Source: a virus
Virus record (IMG/VR): IMGVR_UViG_3300032224_000723
Location: 64,001 to 128,000 of that record
Length of the DNA stretch: 64,000 bases
Direction: 5' to 3' (one strand)
Position 1 is the first letter of the stretch. Every line of letters begins with the position of its first letter. The notes beneath the pieces are model-generated. The model was not told the DNA's origin. It did not search any database and was given only the letters and a program-made list of their open reading frames with translations. Shown piece after piece: positions 1 to 10,288 of this stretch. Made by a program: the position numbers and the translations under genes.

Positions 1-2
1 GA

Positions 3-2003
3 CAATTTCCCAAGCAAAGAGAATTTGAACGCTTTGGTGCAACCAATACAACATTTGATTTGATTGGTCGTGTGCATATGGACTATATGCAACTATATCG
101 CAAATACACATATGAAGAACGCCATAGCTATAGTTTAGATGCTATTGGCGAATACGAACTTGATGAACGTAAAACACCTTATGAAGGTACGTTGGACCAG
201 TTGTATAACAAAGACTTTGAAAAGTTTATTGTTTACAACAGACAAGATACTCGCTTGATAGCGAAACTGGATAAGAAACTTCGTTTCTTAGATTTGGCAA
301 ATACCATTGCTCACGATAACACAGTGTTATTGCAGACAACAATGGGTGCCGTAGCAACTACTGAACAGGCAATTATCAATGAAGCACACAGTCAAGGATT
401 GGTCGTACCTAACAGAAAAGGACGAGAGGAAGAAGTCGAATCGCAGGCAGCAGGTGCCTATGTTGCTTATCCCAAAAAAGGTATGCACAAATACATCGGA
501 GCAATTGACATCAACTCGCTCTATCCCTCGGCTATTCGAGCCCTTAACATGGGACCAGAAACAATCATAGGACAACTACGTCCCATAATGACAGACAAAC
601 TAATTGCAGAACGCATGTCAGCGGGATCTAGCTTTGCGGCTGCTTGGGAAGGTTTGTTTGGGTCATTGGAGTATGAAGCTATGATGGCTGGAGAAGTAGG
701 CACAGAGTTAACTATAGACTGGGAAGCAGATGGCACCAGTGATGTATGCAGTGCCGCAGATGTATGGCGAATTATCTTTGACAGCAACAAACCATGGACT
801 GTCAGCGCCAATGGTACAATCTTTACTTATGAAAAGAAAGGTATCATTCCTGGCTTGCTGGAACGTTGGTATGCTGAACGTAAGGAAATGCAAAAGAAGT
901 TAAAGGAAAGCACAACACCCGAGGATCAAGAGTACTGGGATAAACGACAGCTGGTTAAGAAAATTAACTTGAACAGTTTGTATGGTGCTATTTTGAATCC
1001 AGGATGTCGCTTCTTTGATCACAGGATTGGACAAAGTACAACACTAACAGGACGTACTATTGCTAAACACATGGATGCTTTTGTTAATGAAGCAATCACT
1101 GGCAAGTATGATCACGTAGGTGATGCAATTATCTATGGTGACACCGACTCTGTGTACTTCAGTGCTTGGCCCATTGTTCAAGCAGATGTAGAAGCTGGGC
1201 GCATGGAATGGAACAAAGATGTTTGTATTCAAGTCTATAACAGCATTGCGGATCAAGTCAATGAATCGTTTCCTGCATTCATGGAACGTGCTTGTCATTG
1301 CCCCAGAGTCAATGGAGCAATTATCAAAGGCGGACGTGAACTGATTGCTACCAAAGGCTTGTTTATTAAAAAGAAACGCTATGCTGTACTGATCTTTGAC
1401 AAAGAGGGTAAGCGCAAAGATGTTAAAGGCAAACCTGGTGATGTAAAGGCCATGGGCTTGGACTTGAAGCGCAGTGATACTCCTAAGATTGTACAGGACT
1501 TCTTAAGTGAGATTTTGTTAGAAGTACTAACTGATGCCAAACGTGAAGATGTTATTGAGAAAATCAAAGAATTTAAAATTAAATTTCAAGAGCGGCCTGC
1601 TTGGGAAAAGGGTACACCCAAGCGTGTCAACAACTTGACCAAATACACAGCAGAAGAATCTAGACTGGGCAAAGCCAATATGCCAGGTCATGTACGTGCG
1701 GCAATGAATTGGAATAACTTGCGTAAGATGCATGGTGATAACTACAGCCTAGCTATTGTTGATGGTATGAAAACGATTGTTTGTAAACTAAAACAAAATC
1801 CTCTGGGTTATACATCCGTAGGCTACCCCACAGACGAAAGTCATATTCCAACTTGGTTTAAAGATTTACCATTTGATGATGGTATAATGGAAGAAACCAT
1901 TGTAGATCAAAAGGTAGAAAACTTGTTGGGTGTTCTAGACTGGAACATTGCTGAGAACACTAACATCAACAGCACATTTGATAGTTTGTTTAGTTTTGAA
2001 TAA
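3..2003 (+). CDS. Family B DNA polymerase (T4 gp43-like), 5'-truncated by the window edge
   Basis: Frame is open from nt 3. Motifs: ExoIII YNRQD, region II DINSLYPS, region III KINLNSLYG, region I YGDTDS, KKRY. Ends in a hydrophobic clamp-binding-like tail (TFDSLFSFE). Confidence 0.97.
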   Translation, partial: QFPKQREFERFGATNTTFDLIGRVHMDYMQLYRKYTYEERHSYSLDAIGEYELDERKTPYEGTLDQLYNKDFEKFIVYNRQDTRLIAKLDKKLRFLDLANTIAHDNTVLLQTTMGAVATTEQAIINEAHSQGLVVPNRKGREEEVESQAAGAYVAYPKKGMHKYIGAIDINSLYPSAIRALNMGPETIIGQLRPIMTDKLIAERMSAGSSFAAAWEGLFGSLEYEAMMAGEVGTELTIDWEADGTSDVCSAADVWRIIFDSNKPWTVSANGTIFTYEKKGIIPGLLERWYAERKEMQKKLKESTTPEDQEYWDKRQLVKKINLNSLYGAILNPGCRFFDHRIGQSTTLTGRTIAKHMDAFVNEAITGKYDHVGDAIIYGDTDSVYFSAWPIVQADVEAGRMEWNKDVCIQVYNSIADQVNESFPAFMERACHCPRVNGAIIKGGRELIATKGLFIKKKRYAVLIFDKEGKRKDVKGKPGDVKAMGLDLKRSDTPKIVQDFLSEILLEVLTDAKREDVIEKIKEFKIKFQERPAWEKGTPKRVNNLTKYTAEESRLGKANMPGHVRAAMNWNNLRKMHGDNYSLAIVDGMKTIVCKLKQNPLGYTSVGYPTDESHIPTWFKDLPFDDGIMEETIVDQKVENLLGVLDWNIAENTNINSTFDSLFSFE

Positions 2004-3105
2004 AATTATACCGCTAATTAAGATCAATAACCCCGTCTATGCTGAAAGGAATCCTCTCAGCGAAAGTGATGTTGCAGACGATCACAAGTGGAACTATAAG
2101 CAAAGGTCAATGAACTTTGGCAAGGATTTAAATTTAAAAGGTCAGTATTGTTATCATCCGTTTAATACTATCACCATTGATAAATTTGGTGATGTTTACA
2201 CATGTATATGCCAAGCATGGTTGCCTGTTAGTATGGGCAAAATAACAGACTTTAATTCTTTCGAAGAAATTGTACAAAGTGTTCGAGCCCGAGAAATACA
2301 AGCCAGTATATTAGATGGAACTTACAAATATTGCGATGAAAATAGTTGTACTATTATTAAAGACGATCAATTGTCAAATAGCATAAGTCACAGAGTTGAT
2401 GTTATTGATTGGATTAATTTTGCATTAGATGATAGCTGTAATTTAACTTGTCCCAGTTGTCGAACTGAATTTAAATTTGTCAGTGAAGGCACTGAATACG
2501 ATTTAAGAATCAAAATAGTCAATCACTTAATTAAGTTAATAGAAAACTATGATTATAAACTTAAATTTACTTTAAGTGGAGATGGCGATCCGTTTGCTAG
2601 TTTGATATATCGACATTTTTTAACTAATTTAGAATTGACTAATAATAAAAATATTGAAATAGAAATAGTAACTAATGGTGTATTGGTAAAAGATCATTGG
2701 CATAAAATGGCCGGAGTCTACAACAACATTGTTAGATTTAAGGTTAGTTTTGATGCAGGCACTAAACAAGTATACGAAAAAATACGTCGTGGCGGGAGTT
2801 GGGAAAAACTTTTAGACAGTGCAAAATATATTGTAGATTGGAAAAAATCTAACAATTCAAAGTTAACTTTGGCTTCGAATTTTGTAGTACAAAATGATAA
2901 CTATACAGATATTCCTGCTTATGTAGAATTATGTGATGGGTTAGGGTTTGACGAAATAAACTTTCAAAAAATTGACAACTGGGGAACTTTTAAAAACTTT
3001 AAAGAACACGCAATATGGCAAGTTGATCACCCTAATCACCAAGATTTTTTAATACATCTGCAAAAAATAAATCTAAATAAAAAAGTAAATCTAAATAATT
3101 TATAA
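1996..3105 (+). CDS. Radical SAM protein with N-terminal auxiliary Cys (SPASM/twitch-like) domain
   Basis: CNLTCPSC, GDGDPF, RRGGSW; N-terminal CYHPF..CIC..YC...C. Start moved to TTG 1996, overlapping the pol stop (track start 1948). Confidence 0.85.
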   Translation: MNKIIPLIKINNPVYAERNPLSESDVADDHKWNYKQRSMNFGKDLNLKGQYCYHPFNTITIDKFGDVYTCICQAWLPVSMGKITDFNSFEEIVQSVRAREIQASILDGTYKYCDENSCTIIKDDQLSNSISHRVDVIDWINFALDDSCNLTCPSCRTEFKFVSEGTEYDLRIKIVNHLIKLIENYDYKLKFTLSGDGDPFASLIYRHFLTNLELTNNKNIEIEIVTNGVLVKDHWHKMAGVYNNIVRFKVSFDAGTKQVYEKIRRGGSWEKLLDSAKYIVDWKKSNNSKLTLASNFVVQNDNYTDIPAYVELCDGLGFDEINFQKIDNWGTFKNFKEHAIWQVDHPNHQDFLIHLQKINLNKKVNLNNL

Positions 3106-4091
3106 TGCAAATTAGTCAATTAATCAGCCTTAGGCACAAATTAGAAAAGTTGTTAGCGTTGTCTAATAGTGAGTTGTTGGACGTAGTAACTAAAGTGGTA
3201 TTTGACGTCGATGTAATAAGTAAGTCGATTTCTTTATTTCCGTTTACTGATCAAATTGATGCTAACATAATAGATGTAATCGACAATATATCAGCTATTA
3301 AATCTAATACAAATAACATTGATCATCTCATCCCCAAAGCTATAAAAGAAATTGACTTAGAAATTACCAAACTAGCAAAACCATATTATCAGAGTGGTTA
3401 CATTGTAAACGATGCTCCAGCACCAATGCCTGTTACTACAGATAATGAGTATCTTGTAAGAATATTACCTATTGATGATGGATCTAGGAATATGATAATA
3501 AATGTAGTCAGGGGCTACACTGACTGGCAGTATCCTACACTAGAGATTGGTCCTGGCAACGGGGATTGGACTGAGCATTTAATTGCAGGCGATCCTTTGT
3601 ATATTGCCGATACACGTCAAGTATATATTGATGCTACTTTAAGTAGGTTCAACGACATTTATAGAAGAAGAATGCGGCCTTATATTGTTAAAGAGGGCCT
3701 TGGGGAAAATTACGCAAACTTATCTGAATTACCACAAAATCAGTTTGGATTTGTTTTTGCATGGAATGTTTTTAACTATTTTCCTTTAGTTGAAATGACT
3801 TCTTATTTGCGCGAATCGTTTAAGGTACTGAGACCTGGTGGTGTAATGATGTTTAGTTACAACAACTGTGACATGCCCATTTGTGCATACAATGTAGAAG
3901 TTGGATATAAAAGTTGGATGACAAAAAATTTATTAATCGACACTTGCACAAACTTAGGATTTGAAATTATCAATACTCAGTCAGTAGCCGGTGCAGAAGA
4001 AGTTCATTGGATTGAAATTAAAAAACCTGGCAAACTAAGAACGGTAAAAGCACATCAAGCATTAGGTAAAATTTTACCCATTGGCTCTTGA
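3105..4091 (+). CDS. Class I SAM-dependent methyltransferase with N-terminal coiled region
   Basis: LEIGPGNG motif I; FGFVFAWNVFNY; VLRPGG. Confidence 0.8.
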   Translation: MQISQLISLRHKLEKLLALSNSELLDVVTKVVFDVDVISKSISLFPFTDQIDANIIDVIDNISAIKSNTNNIDHLIPKAIKEIDLEITKLAKPYYQSGYIVNDAPAPMPVTTDNEYLVRILPIDDGSRNMIINVVRGYTDWQYPTLEIGPGNGDWTEHLIAGDPLYIADTRQVYIDATLSRFNDIYRRRMRPYIVKEGLGENYANLSELPQNQFGFVFAWNVFNYFPLVEMTSYLRESFKVLRPGGVMMFSYNNCDMPICAYNVEVGYKSWMTKNLLIDTCTNLGFEIINTQSVAGAEEVHWIEIKKPGKLRTVKAHQALGKILPIGS

Positions 4092-4116
4092 AAAACCTAA
4101 ATAAAACATGTATAAT
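4088..4116 (+). promoter_or_regulatory. Sigma70-type promoter with nested late-type CTAAATA
   Basis: TTGAAA(4088)-17 bp-TATAAT(4111); CTAAATA at 4097; GGAG SD before 4137. Confidence 0.7.
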
Positions 4117-4136
4117 ACAATATCATTGGAGAAAAT

Positions 4137-4880
4137 ATGAAAGATCATTTACAGGACATCGTACAACATACTCATGGACTTGGGGTCATTGACCTTGTTA
4201 AAATCACAGGCACTGAACAGGAAACTACTTTAGAAGCCATCGACCAAGTAAATCGCACGGTTATCGTTAAAGCTAAATTTAATGGTGTTGTGTCTGACTT
4301 TATTGGCACATTTGGTATGCCTAATTTGGGTAAACTAAACACAATTCTTAACATTCCAGAATACAAGGAAGATGCTAAGATTACAGTAACACAACGAGCC
4401 AATGCCACCGGCGTTAACGAGCCCGACGGCATTCACTTTGAGAATAAAGTAGGCGACTTTAAAAACGATTATCGTTTAATGGGTTCTGGTATTGTTGAAG
4501 CACAACTAAAAACTAGCCGCATGGTTAAAGAAATTAAGTGGAGTGTTGAATTCCAGCCCAGCGCAGTTAGCATTCAGCGTTTAAAATTCCAAGCCAGTGC
4601 CAACAGCGAAGAAACAAATTTTGTTGCTAAAACAGAAAATGGAGACTTAAAGTTTTTCTTCGGTGACCATAGCAGTCATGCTGGTGATTTTGTTTTCCAC
4701 GCAGGTGTTAACGGGACATTGAGTAAAGCATACCGTTGGCCTGTTAGTGTTGTTATCAGCATTTTGAGCTTGCCTGGTGACAAGACATTTAAGATCAGTG
4801 GTGATGACGGTTTAATTGAAATTGCCGTCAACAGTGGTATTGCTGAATATCGTTATTTGTTACCTGCGCAGACAAAATAA
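4137..4880 (+). CDS. Probable DNA polymerase sliding clamp (gp45/PCNA-like)
   Basis: 247 aa, clamp-like size and beta/alpha pattern, C-terminal YRYLLPA resembles clamp termini, close to the polymerase. Fold is inferred. Confidence 0.55.
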   Translation: MKDHLQDIVQHTHGLGVIDLVKITGTEQETTLEAIDQVNRTVIVKAKFNGVVSDFIGTFGMPNLGKLNTILNIPEYKEDAKITVTQRANATGVNEPDGIHFENKVGDFKNDYRLMGSGIVEAQLKTSRMVKEIKWSVEFQPSAVSIQRLKFQASANSEETNFVAKTENGDLKFFFGDHSSHAGDFVFHAGVNGTLSKAYRWPVSVVISILSLPGDKTFKISGDDGLIEIAVNSGIAEYRYLLPAQTK

Positions 4881-5572
4881 TGCCCAGGATACATGCTCCT
4901 CATTATGAGTATTGGATTCACAAAGGACATACATTTGGCCAATGTTTACATGGACCAGTTGGATCATCCGGATATTCTAATTACATACCAATACCTAAAT
5001 GTGGGAGCACCTGGGTTAATATCGTACTGTTTCATAGTTTAAATTGGCAAGTAGGTAACATCTATACAGATCCAGGTTTAGGTGAGCCTGGTGGGCTGGG
5101 GCTAAGCCACAATAGAAATTTAGTAGTATTGAGAGAACCTATTGAAAGATGGCTGTCAGGTATTGCTGAATACAGTTACAGATATCATGATCGAGATTTT
5201 ATAAACAATTTAAACAAACAAACATTAGATTTGATTTTTGATAGAGTAGCACTAGACGACCACACAGAAAAGCAAGTATACTACTGTCATGGATTACATC
5301 GATATCGGAGTTTATTTTTTCGTTGTGACTCGACATTAATTGAATTGTTTACGCAGTTCCTTACCAGTAACGGTGTAGACATAGATACCAGCAAAATACC
5401 GCCCGCTAATGTAACAGCAACAGATCAATATAAATTATCAATCAAAGAAACATTCCGTAATATCATAGAGAACGATATAAAATATAAAAACAAGTTAATA
5501 GATTATTTCAAAGCAGACTTTGATCTAATAGACAGCATAAATTTTTACCCACTAGACAATGAGAATAGATAA
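4880..5572 (+). CDS. Sulfotransferase family protein
   Basis: 5'-PSB-like IPIPKCGST; 3'-PB-like LREPIERWLSG; C-terminal YFKADFDL. Confidence 0.75.
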   Translation: MPRIHAPHYEYWIHKGHTFGQCLHGPVGSSGYSNYIPIPKCGSTWVNIVLFHSLNWQVGNIYTDPGLGEPGGLGLSHNRNLVVLREPIERWLSGIAEYSYRYHDRDFINNLNKQTLDLIFDRVALDDHTEKQVYYCHGLHRYRSLFFRCDSTLIELFTQFLTSNGVDIDTSKIPPANVTATDQYKLSIKETFRNIIENDIKYKNKLIDYFKADFDLIDSINFYPLDNENR

Positions 5573-7112
5573 CTTAACCAATAAACAAAGCGACTATGCA
5601 GTGTTCTTACCTGCACTAAGTAGCTTCTATGGCACTTACGTAGGCAAGCAACGACATGATCCTAATTTCATAGATAAAAACCGTATACCTGCAGACTTTG
5701 AAAACGGCATCGAAGGTATGAATTGGCTTAATGCAGATGCCGCATACTTTCCTTATAAGTGGACATTGTACAGTGCAGGGCATGCGAATCTAGATGTAAA
5801 CAAATTTGATGCCAAAGAAGATATGATTCGCAATCGCGACCCAAATACATTTATGTTGGGCGACAGCGGCGGATTTCAAATTGGTAAAGGTATATGGGAA
5901 GGCGATTGGAAGGATCCTAATTGTCCCAAGGCTGCTAAAAAACGAGCGCAAGTGCTGAGTTGGTTAGATGCATATTCAGATCGCGGAATGATCCTTGACA
6001 TTCCTGCGTGGGTCACACGCAGTCCTGCAGGCAGACGTGCTACTGGTATTACCACATATCAAGAAGCCGTAGATGCCACATACATCAACAATGAATACTT
6101 TATGAAGAATCGCACAGGTCGTTGCAAATTCTTAAATGTATTACAAGGCGACAATCATACTGATGCAGACGATTGGTATGACCGTATGAAGAAGTATTGT
6201 GATCCCAAACAGTATGCACAGCCTTTTGAAGGTTGGGCCATGGGAGGCCAAAATATGTGTGACATACATCTAGTGTTACGCAGACTAGTAGCACTACGTT
6301 TTGATGGATTGTTGGAATCTGGATTACATGATTGGATGCACTTTCTTGGTACAAGTAAATTAGAATGGGCTACATTGTTAACAGATATACAACGTGCAAT
6401 TCGCAAACATCACAATCCTACATTTACAATTAGCTTTGATTGTGCTAGCCCATTCCTTGCCACAGCCAATGGACAAATTTATTACGATGTGACCACTGAA
6501 GATAGAACTAAGTGGAGCTATCGTATGCAAGGTAGTGTAGATGATAAAAAATATGCCGCTGATACACGTAACTTTGGTGATGTATTGATGCAGGACAAAA
6601 TATTTGATTCGTTCTTACAAAGTCCTATTAGCGAGCGTATGCAAATCAAAGATGTTTGTGTGTACAAGCCTGGAGATCTAAATAAAATTGGTAAAGAAGG
6701 CAAAACATCATGGGATAGCTTTAGTTATGCATTGCAAATGGGCCATAATGTTTGGACACATATTCACGCAGTTCAGGAAGCAAATAGACAGTGTGATGCA
6801 GGTAAGTATCCAGAAATGTTAGTAGCAACAACTACAGACAAGAAAACATTCCGTCGTTACGATAGGAACTTTTTTAGAGATATTGTTGATGACATTTTTG
6901 CTACCAGTGACAGAGGCAAGGCTGAAGAACTAATTGAGCATTACAATAGATATTGGCTAAGTATTATTGGTACTCGAGGCGCAACAGGCAAAAAGACTTT
7001 TAACACCAGCACAGTGTTTAATGCATTGTTTGAACAAGATGCGCCCGAGGAACATCATATTGATGACAGCGGTTTAGATGAATCTAAATTAGACATTTTG
7101 GAGGCTGAATAA
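5559..7112 (+). CDS. dpdA: DpdA-like DNA 7-deazaguanine transglycosylase (TGT fold)
   Basis: TGT motifs DSGGFQ, MILDIP, NVLQG, WAMGG, HFLG, ISFDCAS; folE, queD and queE lie in the same region. Confidence 0.8.
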   Translation: MRIDNLTNKQSDYAVFLPALSSFYGTYVGKQRHDPNFIDKNRIPADFENGIEGMNWLNADAAYFPYKWTLYSAGHANLDVNKFDAKEDMIRNRDPNTFMLGDSGGFQIGKGIWEGDWKDPNCPKAAKKRAQVLSWLDAYSDRGMILDIPAWVTRSPAGRRATGITTYQEAVDATYINNEYFMKNRTGRCKFLNVLQGDNHTDADDWYDRMKKYCDPKQYAQPFEGWAMGGQNMCDIHLVLRRLVALRFDGLLESGLHDWMHFLGTSKLEWATLLTDIQRAIRKHHNPTFTISFDCASPFLATANGQIYYDVTTEDRTKWSYRMQGSVDDKKYAADTRNFGDVLMQDKIFDSFLQSPISERMQIKDVCVYKPGDLNKIGKEGKTSWDSFSYALQMGHNVWTHIHAVQEANRQCDAGKYPEMLVATTTDKKTFRRYDRNFFRDIVDDIFATSDRGKAEELIEHYNRYWLSIIGTRGATGKKTFNTSTVFNALFEQDAPEEHHIDDSGLDESKLDILEAE

Positions 7113-7113
7113 G

Positions 7114-7323
7114 ATGTATGAAAATAGAATTGCACATTTGAAAGAAAGTCATCGTGTATTGGATGAGAAAATTACTCTACACGAAAAGGAACACCCACAT
7201 TCTGAAAGCATGCTAGTGCAGGATTGGAAAAAGCAAAAGCTCATGCTCAAAGACGAAATACGAAAAATGGAACGTCTTCAATGGGAACATGATCACGAAA
7301 CTGTAGATCTTGACGATCATTGA
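7114..7323 (+). CDS. Small coiled-coil protein, YdcH/DUF465-like
   Basis: HRVLDEKI...KKQKLMLKDEI pattern. Confidence 0.65.
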   Translation: MYENRIAHLKESHRVLDEKITLHEKEHPHSESMLVQDWKKQKLMLKDEIRKMERLQWEHDHETVDLDDH

Positions 7324-7339
7324 CTGAATGTGCTATAAT
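7310..7339 (+). promoter_or_regulatory. Sigma70-type extended -10 promoter
   Basis: TTGACG-18 bp-TATAAT (TGcTATAAT); ATG 6 nt after the -10 box. Confidence 0.6.
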
Positions 7340-7345
7340 TAGCAC

Positions 7346-7462
7346 ATGACTTACATTGTAAATATAACAGGCGAGATTAGATTGCCTTACGAACCCGGCT
7401 TATTGGAATGGTTACAACAACGGTACCCATACAGTAAATATCATTTAGAAGAAAGCGAATAA
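7346..7462 (+). CDS. Small hypothetical protein (38 aa, not in ORF track)
   Basis: MTYIVNITGEIRLPYEPGLLEWLQQRYPYSKYHLEESE*; fills the gap and ends 1 nt before the next ATG. Confidence 0.6.
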   Translation: MTYIVNITGEIRLPYEPGLLEWLQQRYPYSKYHLEESE

Positions 7463-7463
7463 C

Positions 7464-7742
7464 ATGACTGTAGAACAAGCAGGAAATTTTTTAATTGGAT
7501 CTATACTTGCAGGTTTGGGATTTTGTATAATTACCATTGCTATACTGGTGATTAATAACTTATTTCACAAATATTGGAAACCTGTTACTTGGGGAATTCT
7601 CCCCGAGTCAATGAGGGGGAACTATCGATTCCAACAACCACATGAATACGTAGAACCGCATGAGCCTGCTATGGGGCCGGTGTTGGATCCAAAAACTGGC
7701 AAACCTGTGGAACATCTATCAGACGACAAAGCTAAAAAATGA
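7464..7742 (+). CDS. Hypothetical membrane protein
   Basis: N-terminal hydrophobic helix; ATGA-type coupling to the next gene. Confidence 0.7.
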   Translation: MTVEQAGNFLIGSILAGLGFCIITIAILVINNLFHKYWKPVTWGILPESMRGNYRFQQPHEYVEPHEPAMGPVLDPKTGKPVEHLSDDKAKK

Positions 7743-8620
7743 AAAGTCTTGTAATTGGTATGGGCATAGGACAGTTGTACAAAACTGTTCTATTAGAACT
7801 AGGACATACAGTGGTTACTGTAGATGCAGATCCTAAAAAAGGTGCAGACTTTTATGATTATGGGTTTGCGTTTGCCGCACACGGACACTTTGATACTGTA
7901 CACATTTGCACCCCAAATTACACACACATCAATCTAGCTAGACATGCTGCCATCCACGATGCTGGCATTGTATTTGTTGAAAAGCCTGGTGTAGAAAACA
8001 GTGGTATTTGGGCGCAACTTTGCGAGGACTTTCCCGGTACACGTTTTATGATGGTTAAAAACAATCAATGGCGTGACAACATAGCCGAATTAAAATCTTT
8101 AGCAGAATTGGCAAAGACAGTAAACTTAAACTGGATTAATAAAGATCGTGTGCCCAATCCAGGTACTTGGTTCACTACTAAACAATTAGCATTTGGTGGT
8201 GTTAGTAGAGACTTAATGCCACATTTGCTGAGTTTGTATATTGCATTGAACCCAATTTGGCGCACAGACAATGTTAATAAAATCGAAGCAGAAAGAAAAT
8301 GGCAACTCAATGAATTAACTACAACAGACTACGGACAAGTTAAAGCAGATGGTGTGTATGATGTTGATGATGTATGCTATATAACATTCACTGATAAATG
8401 GAACCTTACTGCTAATTGGCGTAGTATGGATCGGGATCAACGCAACATTGAATTTATTATGCCCGATGATACAGTTGAAACATTTGAGTTAGGACTATGC
8501 CCAGAGTATGCTTACAAAGAAATGATTCGCGATGCTGTGGCAAACCTAAATAATAATAAGTTCTGGAAAAATCAATACGACCAGGATATGTGGATTCATC
8601 AATTAATTGAAAACGTATGA
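7739..8620 (+). CDS. Gfo/Idh/MocA-family NAD(P)-dependent oxidoreductase
   Basis: VIGMGIG Rossmann start, ICTPNYTH, VFVEKP, GGVSRDLMPH. Confidence 0.85.
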   Translation: MKSLVIGMGIGQLYKTVLLELGHTVVTVDADPKKGADFYDYGFAFAAHGHFDTVHICTPNYTHINLARHAAIHDAGIVFVEKPGVENSGIWAQLCEDFPGTRFMMVKNNQWRDNIAELKSLAELAKTVNLNWINKDRVPNPGTWFTTKQLAFGGVSRDLMPHLLSLYIALNPIWRTDNVNKIEAERKWQLNELTTTDYGQVKADGVYDVDDVCYITFTDKWNLTANWRSMDRDQRNIEFIMPDDTVETFELGLCPEYAYKEMIRDAVANLNNNKFWKNQYDQDMWIHQLIENV

Positions 8621-9525
8621 ATAGAATATTGGCAACTAATGGCGATGGCGCCTTTTATGAAACTACCTATGAGCGTCCTGTTTGTAGCGACAATGAAATA
8701 GGTGTTGTATCTATTATGACTGGTGTATGTCGCAGTGACATAGACATGATGCAAGGAAACTTTGGTCCATTGCCCCCACACATGCAAGGACACGAAGGAC
8801 TGGGTCAAGTAGTAGAAATTGGCAACAAAATTAAAGATGTTGCAATCGGAGACTTTGTTGCTACACGTGGTGAACCTGCTTATGCTGATCAATACAATGT
8901 ACGTCGCGAAGAATATGTCCCTGTGCCAGAAGCGCACCCCCGCTACATATTGGAACCTGTAGCCTGCGGCATTAACATTGTTTATCAAGCAGTACGTGAA
9001 ATTGCAGAACGTGCAGGTCCTGGACGTAGGCTATTAATTATCGGCAGTGGCTTTCTTGCTTGGGTTGCATACAATACTTTATTACTCAATCACTTAGACG
9101 ACTTTGAAATAACTGTAGTGGGTACCAGCAATAGAGAACTATGGGGCGATATACTAAAACCTATTCATCATGGCACCTATGATGTTGTTATCGACTTAGG
9201 TAGTAGAGCCACTGTGTTTACTGAAAACATTTTAAACAATGAAGCATTAGTTGTGTTTGGTGCACAGAAAACAGTTACTACAGATTTCAGTAACTTACTT
9301 TGGAAAGCCTGCACAATGATCTTTCCCAGTCCCAGAACTGATCGTTTTTATAGTTGTATGCGTGATGCCGCGTATTGGATTGAAAATGGCGACATCAATG
9401 TCGACAGTTTCTGGACAAAAGGCTATAACAGAGACACTGAATGGCAACAGGCCTTCAGCGATGGAATTAACCGACCCCATGCTTACAGCAGAGGGTACAT
9501 TAAATGGACAGACAATGTCAATTGA
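8617..9525 (+). CDS. Zn-dependent medium-chain dehydrogenase/reductase
   Basis: GVCRSD, GHEGLG, EPVAC, IIGSGFL. Confidence 0.85.
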   Translation: MNRILATNGDGAFYETTYERPVCSDNEIGVVSIMTGVCRSDIDMMQGNFGPLPPHMQGHEGLGQVVEIGNKIKDVAIGDFVATRGEPAYADQYNVRREEYVPVPEAHPRYILEPVACGINIVYQAVREIAERAGPGRRLLIIGSGFLAWVAYNTLLLNHLDDFEITVVGTSNRELWGDILKPIHHGTYDVVIDLGSRATVFTENILNNEALVVFGAQKTVTTDFSNLLWKACTMIFPSPRTDRFYSCMRDAAYWIENGDINVDSFWTKGYNRDTEWQQAFSDGINRPHAYSRGYIKWTDNVN

Positions 9526-10288
9526 GCCTCGTAGTAGAAACAGCAAATTACCAACTTGGCATCAAGGACAAAAATTTGCCGACTCTACCCTTGAATGGTT
9601 GTATCCCGACACAGAAGAAGCGTTTAATAAACTCTGTCAGGATCCCAAACATCAAAAGTATTTTGCCGAAAAAGGTTGGAACCAACCCGGCGCAATAACT
9701 TATAAATTTAACAATCAAGGCTTTAGATGTGACGACTTTGATGATGCTCCTTGTTTGGTTACATTAGGCTGTAGCTATACTTTGGGACTAGGATTGCCAA
9801 TCGCTGACATATGGCCCACTTTGGTAGGATCAGAATTGGTTTTAAAAGTAGTTAACCTAGCATGGAATGGATATTCAGCCGACAGTTGTTTTAGACTAGC
9901 TGAATATTGGTTACCAAAACTAAATCCAGCATTGGTGGTTATGTTTACACCACCACAAGATAGAATTGAAATATTAAACGAGACCGATACAGTAATATAC
10001 ACTCCTGCAATTTTTTCAAATGTATCCGATGTAGTCAGCGATAGATTTCTTACTGATTGGATGTTGTTTAGTGAAAACGGCAGATTAAATTCCACCAAAA
10101 ATAAACTGGCTTTACAAAAATTGTGTTATAATTTAAATGTACGTTGTCAAATATATGATGTATTTGATTTCGTAGCAGAACCTAAGGAAGTGGTTGAATA
10201 TGCAAGAGACTACATGCATATGGGACCAAAGGGGCACAAAATTTTAGCAGAAACTATTATTAAGGATTGGAAAACCAATGGCAATTGA
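9515..10288 (+). CDS. SGNH/GDSL-like hydrolase or acyltransferase
   Basis: LGCSYTLG block I, NLAWNG, C-terminal DYMH (DxxH). Start refined to ATG 9515. Confidence 0.65.
   Translation: MSIEPRSRNSKLPTWHQGQKFADSTLEWLYPDTEEAFNKLCQDPKHQKYFAEKGWNQPGAITYKFNNQGFRCDDFDDAPCLVTLGCSYTLGLGLPIADIWPTLVGSELVLKVVNLAWNGYSADSCFRLAEYWLPKLNPALVVMFTPPQDRIEILNETDTVIYTPAIFSNVSDVVSDRFLTDWMLFSENGRLNSTKNKLALQKLCYNLNVRCQIYDVFDFVAEPKEVVEYARDYMHMGPKGHKILAETIIKDWKTNGN

Noticed and set aside
5559-7112. Calling this a tRNA-guanine transglycosylase (tgt) for queuosine
   Set aside because: It lacks the CxCxxC zinc motif of tRNA TGTs, no tRNA or queA/queF is seen, and its position among DNA replication genes favours a DNA-acting DpdA.
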